From Dehalococcoidales bacterium (lineage in GTDB: Bacteria; Chloroflexota; Dehalococcoidia; Dehalococcoidales; RBG-16-60-22), in NCBI GenBank assembly GCA_046760985.1, contig JBHIFE010000001.1:1-36619 (forward strand): a stretch of 36,619 nt of DNA, read 5' to 3'. Positions 1-7,514 of the stretch are shown one piece after another (position 1 is the first letter of the stretch; every line of letters starts with the position of its first letter). Below the pieces are notes generated by a model that worked only from the letters and a program-made list of their open reading frames with translations, was not told where the DNA came from and searched no databases. Made by a program: the position numbers and the translations under genes.

Positions 1-294
1 TTGGTGGATTGAGGAGTCATAAATAATTTCGAAGCCGTCGCCTTTTACCACAGTTGGTGGCGGTGGTGGCGGGCTTGGCGTGGGGACTGCAGGTGGAGTC
101 GGTGCTGGGCTAGGTGTTGGAGCAGGCGCTGGCACTGGGGGAGGTGGAGGAGACGGTCCTGGTACCGGAGCGGGAGACGGAACTGGCGTTGGAGGCGCTG
201 GGCTAGGTTCCGGGGCAGGTGGTGGCGGGGCGCAGCCAACCATAAACGCAAGTAATGCTAAAACAACAAGAATAGTGACCCCTTTCATTTTCAT
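1..294 (-). CDS. Lipoprotein with long proline-rich linker (N-terminal part only; gene runs off the window start)
   Basis: Absent from the ORF track because there is no stop in the window. The reverse strand from ATG at 294-292 reads MKMKGVTILVVLALLAFMVGCAPPPPAPEPSPAPPTPVPSPAPVPGPSPPPPPVPAPAPTPSPAPTPPAVPTPSPPPPPPTVVKGDGFEIIYDSSIHQ and stays open to base 1. It has a signal peptide with a lipobox (MVGC) followed by a Pro/Ser/Ala/Thr linker. Confidence 0.6.
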   Translation of the reverse strand, partial: MKMKGVTILVVLALLAFMVGCAPPPPAPEPSPAPPTPVPSPAPVPGPSPPPPPVPAPAPTPSPAPTPPAVPTPSPPPPPPTVVKGDGFEIIYDSSIHQ

Positions 295-401
295 CTCATC
301 CTAACGCCTAATATTATGCTTTCTTTACATTCTTATGATAATGCAAATCACCGACGGTAGCGGGCAGGCATCTCCCCGGCAACGGAGAGTGGACTGCACC
401 C

Positions 402-809
402 CTATGATTGGACAGGTAAGGTTAGGAGAGTCTGGGTGACACGGCTACGATTCCGTTTTCCCCATTGGAAATAGCGGTCACCACGAAGAGGCGCAAAGAA
501 GGACTCCGCTCGTTCAGCATTCGCTTGTGATATCTCCAAGTTAACCTCGGCATGTATCTTTTGCTCACCTTCAATTGAGACCAAGTCTAGACGATCCCAT
601 TCAGGACCATTAGTAAAAAATGCTGTTCGCAGAGTAGGATAAAAAGGCAGTCGTTTCCGGAACGCTTCTTGCTCTTCTTTCGTGGAACGATGGTAAGGGG
701 CTTTCGTTTCTACTGTGACGGCAGGATGGTCAAACTCATCAAGAAGCAGAATATCAAATCTCTCCCCAGTTTTGATACTCTCATCGGGCCATCCAAGTAC
801 CTCAACCAA
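402..809 (-). CDS. HsdR_N-like / PD-(D/E)xK restriction-endonuclease-fold domain protein, possibly disrupted
   Basis: LVEVLGWPDE...GERFDILLLDE...PAVTVETKAP matches the LGW...D...ExK layout of the N-terminal nuclease-fold domain of type I restriction R subunits. The track ORF starts at a TTG. The same frame continues upstream through an in-frame TAG (837-839) to an ATG at 875-873. Confidence 0.4.
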   Translation of the reverse strand: MVEVLGWPDESIKTGERFDILLLDEFDHPAVTVETKAPYHRSTKEEQEAFRKRLPFYPTLRTAFFTNGPEWDRLDLVSIEGEQKIHAEVNLEISQANAERAESFFAPLRGDRYFQWGKRNRSRVTQTLLTLPVQS

Positions 810-1134
810 TAGTCGCCCCGAGACCTCGGCAATGTTCTACTCCCTTTTATCACGAAGGATTCCAGCCTCGTTCATCGTCCCTTCAAGGCAATGGTAGCAC
901 GTGTATTGGGAGCAATCAACAAAACATCGAAAGGTTACCCGATGGGATGCACGATACGGTGACATTACTAGTTCCCCTTGCACCCTATGCACTTTATTGC
1001 TACAATTATCTTCGATGAGAGCTAGGGATCTAGACGGTCAGATTAAAAGCCAGCTCAAAAGTTCTGCCTATTGTCACCCCAGCTCCACCAAGTTTAGCTA
1101 TATTGCTACTTAAGAGCATCCCCGGTCAGCTTCT

Positions 1135-1353
1135 CTACCTTCTCCTTCTCCGCGCCAGGCCTTGTCCCACAAAGAAAGAGAGCACCCCGCCAACGAAGAG
1201 GAAGCCCAGCACAACTAGTTGGAGGTTGCCAACGAAGCTGCAGGCAATGGGTATAACATATAGAATGAGCGCAGCCACAACCACGCTGAAAACTGCCAAG
1301 AAGGCTCCCCCGATGCGCAGTATACTGATATACGAAGGTCTCTGCGTAACCAT
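1135..1353 (-). CDS. Small two-helix membrane protein, last gene of the respiratory operon
   Basis: 72 aa with two hydrophobic stretches and a C-terminal RRRRR tail. AAGGAGGA lies 7 nt upstream of the ATG, which is 43 nt downstream of the NrfD-like gene. Confidence 0.5.
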   Translation of the reverse strand: MVTQRPSYISILRIGGAFLAVFSVVVAALILYVIPIACSFVGNLQLVVLGFLFVGGVLSFFVGQGLARRRRR

Positions 1354-1396
1354 TGCTCAATCCTCCTTTGCGCTTTTCTTTACTTAAGGTTTCCCT

Positions 1397-2569
1397 TTAA
1401 AAGCCTAACCTTTTCCGCTCCGTTAGCTTAACCTCCTCCTGCCAGGGAGGAATTAAATAGACCAGCACGGCAAAAATCACCAGCGGCATTAGCAGTAACA
1501 CTATGACTACAATTATGCCGTTTAGCCCCAGCAGGGGTGGCGTATAACTAGTGAACCCCCTGAGACTTTTGGAAATTAACTGCCCCCCGATGACCACGTT
1601 CCAGCGCATGGCCAAGACTCCAATGAGAGCAAAACTGGCCGTTAGCGCTCTTATCGGCATCTTGATGTCTTCGCCGAGTCTGCTTAATTCAACGAACCCC
1701 AAAACGAATAACGGCAACACCGAGCCCAGGATAAACTGGACGCCAAAATAGCTGAAGGCAATCTTTTCGGTGATCAGCCGGGAGATGATTCCCCAGCTCT
1801 CTTCGGCCTCATAGAACATGGAGAAGACTTCCAGACCTTCCAAAACTACATTCACGCTTAAGAACCCCCCTAACCACAGAGCCAAGGAATGTAAGCAGGC
1901 GTGGTCCAGGGGTGCTCGTCTGATTTTGGCCACGGCGATGTACATCACAATCAGCAGGGCTATGCCCGAAACTATGGCTGACGTCAGGAAGATGATGGGC
2001 ATAAGTGGTGTTGACCACCAGGGATTAGCCTTAACCGCCCCGAAGATAAAGCCAACATAACCGTGAAGGAGAAAGGCAGCCGGGATGCCAATAAAGGCCA
2101 GTACTTTAATTAGCTTCTTATCAATGGCCACGGATTCTTCTGAAGTATCATAGACGCCCAAGGCTAACACGGAGTAAATGGTTTTCTTGGTGCCTTCGCT
2201 CGATTTGGCGTATCTCACGATGTTTGGCCTAAAAATGAGCCAGACTTCTAGAAGTACCAGCAGCAGGTAGAAAAACCATATGTAGCCAAAAGCCGCCATG
2301 GCCGAGGTAAGATTCGGCGTCAGGAACATTTCCAGTGCTCTTTCGGGTCGTCCCAGATGGATAATTAACGGTAGGGGTGTAATCACCAGAAAAGCCAACG
2401 CCACAACCAGGGAAAAGCGGGCCACCGGCTTAAGTACCTTTAGCCCGAACACGTGGTGAAGTGATGAGACAACAAAGGCACCAGCCACCAGTCCGGTGAT
2501 AAAGGGGTAAATAAAAATGAGCAAATCCCACTGTATCACGGTTTCGTTAGGAAAGACGAATCCAGACAC
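1397..2569 (-). CDS. NrfD/PsrC/ActC/DsrP-family polytopic membrane subunit (quinone-interacting)
   Basis: 390 aa, about 8-10 predicted TM helices and no heme motifs. GTG start lies 3 nt after the stop of the NrfC-like gene. Size and position directly after a TAT 4-cluster ferredoxin are typical of NrfD-family partners. Confidence 0.8.
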   Translation of the reverse strand: MSGFVFPNETVIQWDLLIFIYPFITGLVAGAFVVSSLHHVFGLKVLKPVARFSLVVALAFLVITPLPLIIHLGRPERALEMFLTPNLTSAMAAFGYIWFFYLLLVLLEVWLIFRPNIVRYAKSSEGTKKTIYSVLALGVYDTSEESVAIDKKLIKVLAFIGIPAAFLLHGYVGFIFGAVKANPWWSTPLMPIIFLTSAIVSGIALLIVMYIAVAKIRRAPLDHACLHSLALWLGGFLSVNVVLEGLEVFSMFYEAEESWGIISRLITEKIAFSYFGVQFILGSVLPLFVLGFVELSRLGEDIKMPIRALTASFALIGVLAMRWNVVIGGQLISKSLRGFTSYTPPLLGLNGIIVVIVLLLMPLVIFAVLVYLIPPWQEEVKLTERKRLGF

Positions 2570-2572
2570 GGT

Positions 2573-3358
2573 TTAATGCACCCCCTTTTCGAAGCCAATG
2601 TAATAGACCTTCGGCTCGGTTCCCAAGTCCGGTTTCAAAACGTAGACGTGCCTCTCTCTAAGTATTTTGGTCACCTGCCCCTCAGGGTCATGCAGATCAC
2701 CAAAAACTCTTGCCCCTACCGGACACACTTCCATGCAGGCAGGGACCAGTCCATGGGTAATTCGGTGGTAACACCAGGTGCATTTATCGACCACCCCTTT
2801 CTCGGGGAGGAAAAATCTAGCCCCATAGGGGCATGCCTGAATGCAGTACCGGCAGCCAATGCAGCGGTCCTGGTCAATTAGGATAACACCGTCATCCGTC
2901 TGATAGGTGGCGCCAACCGGACAAACCGTGACGCACGGGGGATTATCGCACTGGTTGCATAGTTTGGGCACAAAAAAGCTTTTCCAGACCTCGAGACCCT
3001 GGTACTTAGCGGTGAATCCGTCTCGGCCGGCATTTGGAGAGTCCACGAAGATTTCCCCATCGGCAGTGATGACGTATCTCTCTACCCAGGTTCGGTTGTA
3101 TTCAGGCTTCCAGGGCACCTTGTTTTCTAACTTACAGGCGACGACGCACCTACCACAGCCGATGCATTTCTCGTTATCACAGACAAATCCCCAGTAATGT
3201 TTCTCCAAATCGTATTGGCTATAGTTCGCTGCTGCCGCCGGCTGGCTAAATTCGCCCTGCATAAACTGGCGCAGCAGAGGCGGCATGTTGTAAACAAGCA
3301 TCCCCCCCAGCAAACCCTTGGCCCCCATTTTGATAAAATCCCGTCGGGAAATCTTCAT
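2573..3358 (-). CDS. TAT-exported NrfC/PsrB/DsrO-like ferredoxin with four [4Fe-4S] motifs
   Basis: Start moved to MKISRRDFIKMGAKG (twin-arginine signal), with AAGGAGAG SD, 2 nt after the decaheme stop. Cluster motifs: CIGCGRCVVAC, CNQCDNPPCVTVCP, CIGCRYCIQACP, CTWC...CMEVCP. Confidence 0.85.
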   Translation of the reverse strand: MKISRRDFIKMGAKGLLGGMLVYNMPPLLRQFMQGEFSQPAAAANYSQYDLEKHYWGFVCDNEKCIGCGRCVVACKLENKVPWKPEYNRTWVERYVITADGEIFVDSPNAGRDGFTAKYQGLEVWKSFFVPKLCNQCDNPPCVTVCPVGATYQTDDGVILIDQDRCIGCRYCIQACPYGARFFLPEKGVVDKCTWCYHRITHGLVPACMEVCPVGARVFGDLHDPEGQVTKILRERHVYVLKPDLGTEPKVYYIGFEKGVH

Positions 3359-3360
3359 TT

Positions 3361-4305
3361 CTAACGCTCTCCTTGCCCAGTCCGATGACAATTCAAGCAG
3401 ACGTCGCTAGTGAGCCCAGCATGCTCGACAGAAACGGCAATGGCGCCACTGGCATGGCACATCAGGCAGTCATCGTGTCCTTCCAGGGCGTGTGGTATTA
3501 TGGGCGGTGCACTGACGGGCGCGGGAGTTGGTAGTAGTGCCGATGCCGAGGTTGATGCTTCGGCTAGCTGATGGCAGGTGGTGCAAGTAATGCTGGTGCG
3601 CCCGACGTGGTCTTCCGGGACAGGCTTGATGGCACCGGTATTATGGCACGTCAGGCAATCGGTGCGCCCCTCTAAGGTATGTGGAATTCGAGGTAGTGTT
3701 GCTCCTCTGAATTCCTTGGGACCGTGGCACGACAGACACTTAGTGCGTCCCTCTAGGGTATGGGGAATCTCAGGGGGCGGTTCAGTCCAAGGCTCATGAG
3801 GCCCATGGCACAACTGGCATTCAGTGCGTCCCTCTAATGTATGTGGCACCTGGGGTGGCATCCCGGCTCTGGGTTCATGCGGGTCATGGCAGGTAACACA
3901 CTCGGCATTTCCCCCCATCTCTTCTATATCCACCTGGGGGAAGTTGCTAGGCCGGGAAACAAGCTTGGCATGGCATAATCCGCAGAGCTCTCTCGAGGTA
4001 TTCAGGGCAAGAGGTGCTCCAGTTTTGGCATGGGTCATTGCTGGGCCATGGCAATTCTCGCAGCTAATTGTCCGATGGTTGCCCTTCTCCCACATATCAT
4101 GTTTGTCTGGGTGGCAATCAACGCATACCGAGGAGCTGATATATTGGACGGGCAGGCTTGCCCACTGCTCCCGGTTCCCCTCGTTATCCCTGGGGCGAAA
4201 GCCGTATTCAGTAAGGAACTCGGGAGCCGGTATCACTCTCAGCCCAATGAAAATAAATATGAGTACCACTGATAATAATGCTCCGGCCCTTTTCAAATGG
4301 ATCAT
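3361..4305 (-). CDS. Membrane-anchored decaheme c-type cytochrome
   Basis: N-terminal hydrophobic anchor (ALLSVVLIFIFIGL) and ten CxxCH motifs: CVDCH, CENCH, CGLCH, CVTCH, CQLCH, CLSCH, CLTCH, CTTCH, CLMCH, CLNCH. The motif PH(T/A)LEG(R/H)xxCxxCH occurs four times. Confidence 0.85.
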   Translation of the reverse strand: MIHLKRAGALLSVVLIFIFIGLRVIPAPEFLTEYGFRPRDNEGNREQWASLPVQYISSSVCVDCHPDKHDMWEKGNHRTISCENCHGPAMTHAKTGAPLALNTSRELCGLCHAKLVSRPSNFPQVDIEEMGGNAECVTCHDPHEPRAGMPPQVPHTLEGRTECQLCHGPHEPWTEPPPEIPHTLEGRTKCLSCHGPKEFRGATLPRIPHTLEGRTDCLTCHNTGAIKPVPEDHVGRTSITCTTCHQLAEASTSASALLPTPAPVSAPPIIPHALEGHDDCLMCHASGAIAVSVEHAGLTSDVCLNCHRTGQGER

Positions 4306-4370
4306 TTTTGGTCTTTCCCCACCACTGCTTTGTAGTTAAAACTTACCCTGTTCATATCCTTTTACTCAGT

Positions 4371-5249
4371 TTAGTGGCAGTTCAGGCACAAATCGTTACC
4401 GCGGCCACTGTGATCAGAAGGAACCTTGGGCACGCCCCCGATGCCAGTTTCATGACAAAGCAAACAGGAGAGGCGTCCCTCTAGGGAATGCGGCACCTGA
4501 GGAGGGGTGGTTGGCGCCGGTGGCGCTGGTGCTGCTTCCTCGGGGGTCTGGGGTACCTCGGCTGAGGTTTTCTTCAGAGTTGTGAGATACAGCGAGATGC
4601 TCTCTATTTCCTCGTGAGTCAATGCCCCTAGGTAACCGGGCATGGCTGAGTTTGGATTAATCACCAGAGGGTCTTCCAAGTATTTGTGAATCCAGCTCAG
4701 GGTTCGCCGCTCCGTCAGCCCGGCAAGGTCAGGACCAATGGTTCCGCCTACTCCATTTATGGCATGGCAACTGGCGCAATCCTGCTCATGATATAATTTG
4801 TCCCCTAATTCAATATAGGCGGAGCGGGAAGACATTGAGGGTGGTGCTGCAGCTATCCCCTGAACGGTCAAAAAAATGATGGTCGCGATGACAAAAAGAC
4901 CAATCCCGGAGGCTAACGGTCGCCGGAAGGGTCTCATTATCGGACTTCGGTCAAAAAAGGGTAATAAAAGTAAGGCTAGGATGGCTAATGCCGGCACAAT
5001 AACGGCACCAACAAACTCCAGTTCGCCGGGGAAGAATTCGAGTAGTTTGAAGAGGAACAGAAAGTACCATTCCGGTCGGGGGATGTAGCTTGTGTCCATT
5101 GGTCGGGCTACGCTTTCATGTGCTGGCGGGAAAAACACAACTATTAGCACCAGCACCAGGAAAACTACAAGCATCACTATTGCCCCCATAAAGGCATGGT
5201 CGGGCCAGAATGTCTCACGCTTCTCTTGGGGTTTACGTCTTTCTAGCAC
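4371..5249 (-). CDS. qcrC: Cytochrome b subunit IV fused to c-type cytochrome domain (QcrC-like), with an extra C-terminal diheme module (3 CxxCH in total)
   Basis: Start moved to GTG at 5249 (AAGGGAGGGG SD, 25 nt after the cytochrome b stop). The track's longer ORF overlaps cytochrome b by 98 nt. PEWYFLFLF is the Qo-site motif and three TM helices are present. A monoheme domain follows (CASCH...NSAMPGY), then VPHSLEGRLSCLLCH...SDHSGRGNDLCLNCH. Confidence 0.8.
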   Translation of the reverse strand: MLERRKPQEKRETFWPDHAFMGAIVMLVVFLVLVLIVVFFPPAHESVARPMDTSYIPRPEWYFLFLFKLLEFFPGELEFVGAVIVPALAILALLLLPFFDRSPIMRPFRRPLASGIGLFVIATIIFLTVQGIAAAPPSMSSRSAYIELGDKLYHEQDCASCHAINGVGGTIGPDLAGLTERRTLSWIHKYLEDPLVINPNSAMPGYLGALTHEEIESISLYLTTLKKTSAEVPQTPEEAAPAPPAPTTPPQVPHSLEGRLSCLLCHETGIGGVPKVPSDHSGRGNDLCLNCH

Positions 5250-5274
5250 CTTTTCCCCTCCCTTTGGCTTATCT

Positions 5275-5946
5275 TCACAAGGGACGAGAGATTCCTTGCC
5301 TTCGCACCATAAAGAAGTGCAAACCAAGTAAGAACAGGAGTATCGCCGGCAAAAACCCGATATGGATGGCATAGAAGCGAACTAAAGTCACAGCACCAAC
5401 CTCAGCTCCTCCCCTCACCAGCTTAAGGAGATAGTCGCCAATGAAAGGCACCAAGCTAATCATGCTGGTACCTACCGAGGTTGCCCAGTAGGACCTTTGA
5501 TTCCACGGGAGAAGGTAACCGGTGAAACTGAAACCCAGGACGATTAAAAGAAGCAGCACGCCAACCACCCAGTTCAACTCTCTTGGATTCTTGTATGCTC
5601 CGTGAAAGTAGACACGCAGTGTGTGGAGCACCACCATGACTATTATGGCACTGGCACCCCAGTAGTGAATGCCACGGACCAACCAACCCAAAGTAACATT
5701 ATTCATTATGTATTGTACCGAGTCATAGGCATGGTCGGGGGAGGGGACATAATAGATAATCAGAAAAAGTCCGGTCAGGAACATCAGCAGGATGATGAAA
5801 GCAGCGATGCCGCCAAAGCAATAAACGAAGGCACTAGGGTGCTTGAGGGGATTCGCATGCTCCGGTACCGGATGGTCTAACTGGTTATCAATCGCCTTCT
5901 TGATATTGAGGCGTTTATCTATTACATCGTAGATTCGTCCTAGCAC
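5275..5946 (-). CDS. qcrB: Cytochrome b6-type subunit (N-terminal four-helix half of cytochrome b)
   Basis: 223 aa. Helix B has H-x13-H (HYWGASAIIVMVVLH) and helix D has H-x14-H (HIGFLPAILLFLLGLH), the b6/Firmicutes-type spacing. VYCFGG carries the conserved Cys (codon 5818-5820) that binds heme ci in b6f and Bacillus-type complexes. Confidence 0.9.
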   Translation of the reverse strand: MLGRIYDVIDKRLNIKKAIDNQLDHPVPEHANPLKHPSAFVYCFGGIAAFIILLMFLTGLFLIIYYVPSPDHAYDSVQYIMNNVTLGWLVRGIHYWGASAIIVMVVLHTLRVYFHGAYKNPRELNWVVGVLLLLIVLGFSFTGYLLPWNQRSYWATSVGTSMISLVPFIGDYLLKLVRGGAEVGAVTLVRFYAIHIGFLPAILLFLLGLHFFMVRRQGISRPL

Positions 5947-5966
5947 TTGCCCTCTTTCCCATAAAC

Positions 5967-6587
5967 TTAGAGTTCAATCTTCTCGGCGATACCGGCTCGG
6001 AAATCCTTATAGATGGTGAAAAGTTTGCCATCTTCTACTTTCACAGAAAGGGTATCCAGGGGGCGGGGTGGCGGACCACCCAGCACCGTGCCATCAATGT
6101 CAAATATGCCATCATGGCACGGGCAAAAGAAGTGGTCTTTATCAGGCATGGCTGAGCCATAGGCGGTTTGATGTGGTTCTCCTTTCAGTTTCCAGCTGTA
6201 AGCGCAACTCAGATGAGTGCACCTTGGGTTAAACACGGTGAAGTTCTCCTCATCTTGCTTTACCACCCAAACTGCTCTGGGCGCTGTTTCCATAACCCAG
6301 CCATCTATTTTGGCGGTGGTCCACTGCACCATGGTTGGTCGCCCCACCTCAAAATCCTCTATCTTGCCCAACTCTACCCACCCCGACCATCCCCTTTTTT
6401 TGTGTAAGACTGGTGAAATTAGGCTCCCGATAAGGGGAATCCCCATCAAAGCGGTAATCACCGCTCCTATCCCAATAGTTGCATAGCCCAAGAATCTTCT
6501 TCTGGATATAGGTTCACCTTCAAATTTGGATTTAGGTTTAGCTTCCCCCCTTGATAAAGATTTATCTTTCCAATCAAAGCTCACCAC
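5967..6587 (-). CDS. qcrA: Rieske [2Fe-2S] subunit with TAT signal
   Basis: SRRRFLGYATIG twin-arginine/anchor segment. Cluster boxes are CTHLSC and CPCHDG. GTG start with GAGG SD. Confidence 0.9.
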   Translation of the reverse strand: MVSFDWKDKSLSRGEAKPKSKFEGEPISRRRFLGYATIGIGAVITALMGIPLIGSLISPVLHKKRGWSGWVELGKIEDFEVGRPTMVQWTTAKIDGWVMETAPRAVWVVKQDEENFTVFNPRCTHLSCAYSWKLKGEPHQTAYGSAMPDKDHFFCPCHDGIFDIDGTVLGGPPPRPLDTLSVKVEDGKLFTIYKDFRAGIAEKIEL

Positions 6588-6640
6588 TTGCTACCTCGCA
6601 TCGTCATAGTTCACCTTGCTAAGATTGCTTTGGTTCCCGT

Positions 6641-7402
6641 CTACTCTTTGGACGGGGTTGCCCTGTTGGACAAGGCGCCAAGGATATCCACTGTCAGCGG
6701 AATGACGGTGCTATTTCTCTCGCCGGCCATCTCGACCAAGGTTTGGAGGTAGCGTAGCTGCAATGCTATCGGCTGCGTTTGGATAATCTTAGCCGCTTCC
6801 GCTAAGGTTTCCGCAGCTAGCCGTTCACCTTGGGCATGGATAACTTTGCCTCGCTTTTCCCGCTCTGCCTCAGCCTGCCGGGCCATCGCCCGCTGCATCG
6901 CCTCGGGAAGGAGAACATCCTTAACCTCCACCAGCGTGGCACTGACCCCCCATGGCTCCTCACTTTCTTTGTCAATAATCTGCCGCAGTCTCAAGTTTAT
7001 CTGGTCACGGTGGGCAAGCAGTTCGTCCAGCTCTGACTGTCCCAGAACGCTCCTGAGGGTGGTTAGGGCGAGCTGAATGATAGCTTCTCGGTAGTTCTCA
7101 ACATTAATCGCCGCTTTCACTGGGTCAACCACCATAAAGTAGACCACGGCATCGACCTTGACGGTTACATTGTCCCTGGTTATCACCTCTTGCGGTTCCA
7201 GGACATAGGGGACAATACGGAGGCTAATCTTGGTCATGCGGTCAACAAAGGGGATAATCACGTTGAAGCCGGGGTTCCTGACTCCGACCAGTCGCCCGAA
7301 GCGAAGCACCACCCCGCGCTCATACTGTTTCACAATCTTGATAGCCGCCGCCAGTATCACCAATGCAGCTACAATGATAAGAAAGATAATCCACGCATTC
7401 AT
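6641..7402 (-). CDS. SPFH/band-7 (stomatin/slipin-like) membrane scaffold protein
   Basis: N-terminal TM (AWIIFLIIVAALVILAAAI), then IVKQYERGVVLRFGR...VITRDNVTVKVDAVVYF and a coiled-coil ARQAEAEREKR, all typical of SPFH proteins. Start set to ATG 7402 (GGAGGA 7 nt upstream). Confidence 0.9.
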   Translation of the reverse strand: MNAWIIFLIIVAALVILAAAIKIVKQYERGVVLRFGRLVGVRNPGFNVIIPFVDRMTKISLRIVPYVLEPQEVITRDNVTVKVDAVVYFMVVDPVKAAINVENYREAIIQLALTTLRSVLGQSELDELLAHRDQINLRLRQIIDKESEEPWGVSATLVEVKDVLLPEAMQRAMARQAEAEREKRGKVIHAQGERLAAETLAEAAKIIQTQPIALQLRYLQTLVEMAGERNSTVIPLTVDILGALSNRATPSKE

Positions 7403-7514
7403 ACTCAATTCCTCCTTTTTGTTTTTAACCTGATGTTTCTCTATTTATCACTTGGTGTCTCTCATGGGCACCTCCATCACGTAACTTGGCCAACCACGCC
7501 TTAATTGGCGCTCT

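Noticed and set aside
80-304. Glycine-rich 74-aa plus-strand ORF (GAGLGVGAGAGTGGGGGDG...), and the 45-251 minus ORF
   Set aside because: The Gly-rich ORF is the mirror image of GC-rich Pro/Ala/Ser codons. The third reading (minus strand, ATG at 294) gives a clean signal peptide with lipobox plus a Pro-rich linker, and has an A-rich leader, so it is the real gene.
901-1387. Plus-strand ORFs 901-1113 and 1103-1387, and minus ORF 1106-1360
   Set aside because: They overlap or lie antisense to the SD-supported small membrane protein gene (1135-1353). Their composition is basic and low-complexity and they have no motifs.
3359-3391. Long 5' extensions in track ORFs that overlap the upstream gene (also 5250-5372, 16455-16499, 19874-19936, 29495-29536, 31112-31126, 7403-7408, 24169-24174)
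   Set aside because: In each case an internal ATG or GTG sits 5-9 nt after a GGAGG-like SD. It also sits right at or after the upstream stop codon and begins the recognisable domain (TAT signal, Walker A, Fe-S motif). The extensions are artefacts of taking the longest ORF.
3640-3860. Repeated DNA strings that could suggest a repeat array or CRISPR
   Set aside because: The repeats are in frame inside the decaheme gene and encode the PHTLEGRxxCxxCH protein repeat. The spacing is irregular and there is no spacer architecture.
7403-7514. Small palindromes (TTGGCCAA, CGCCTTAATTGGCG) between the receiver and SPFH genes as a terminator
   Set aside because: The stems are only 4-5 bp and no U-run follows on the minus strand, so this is unlikely to terminate transcription.
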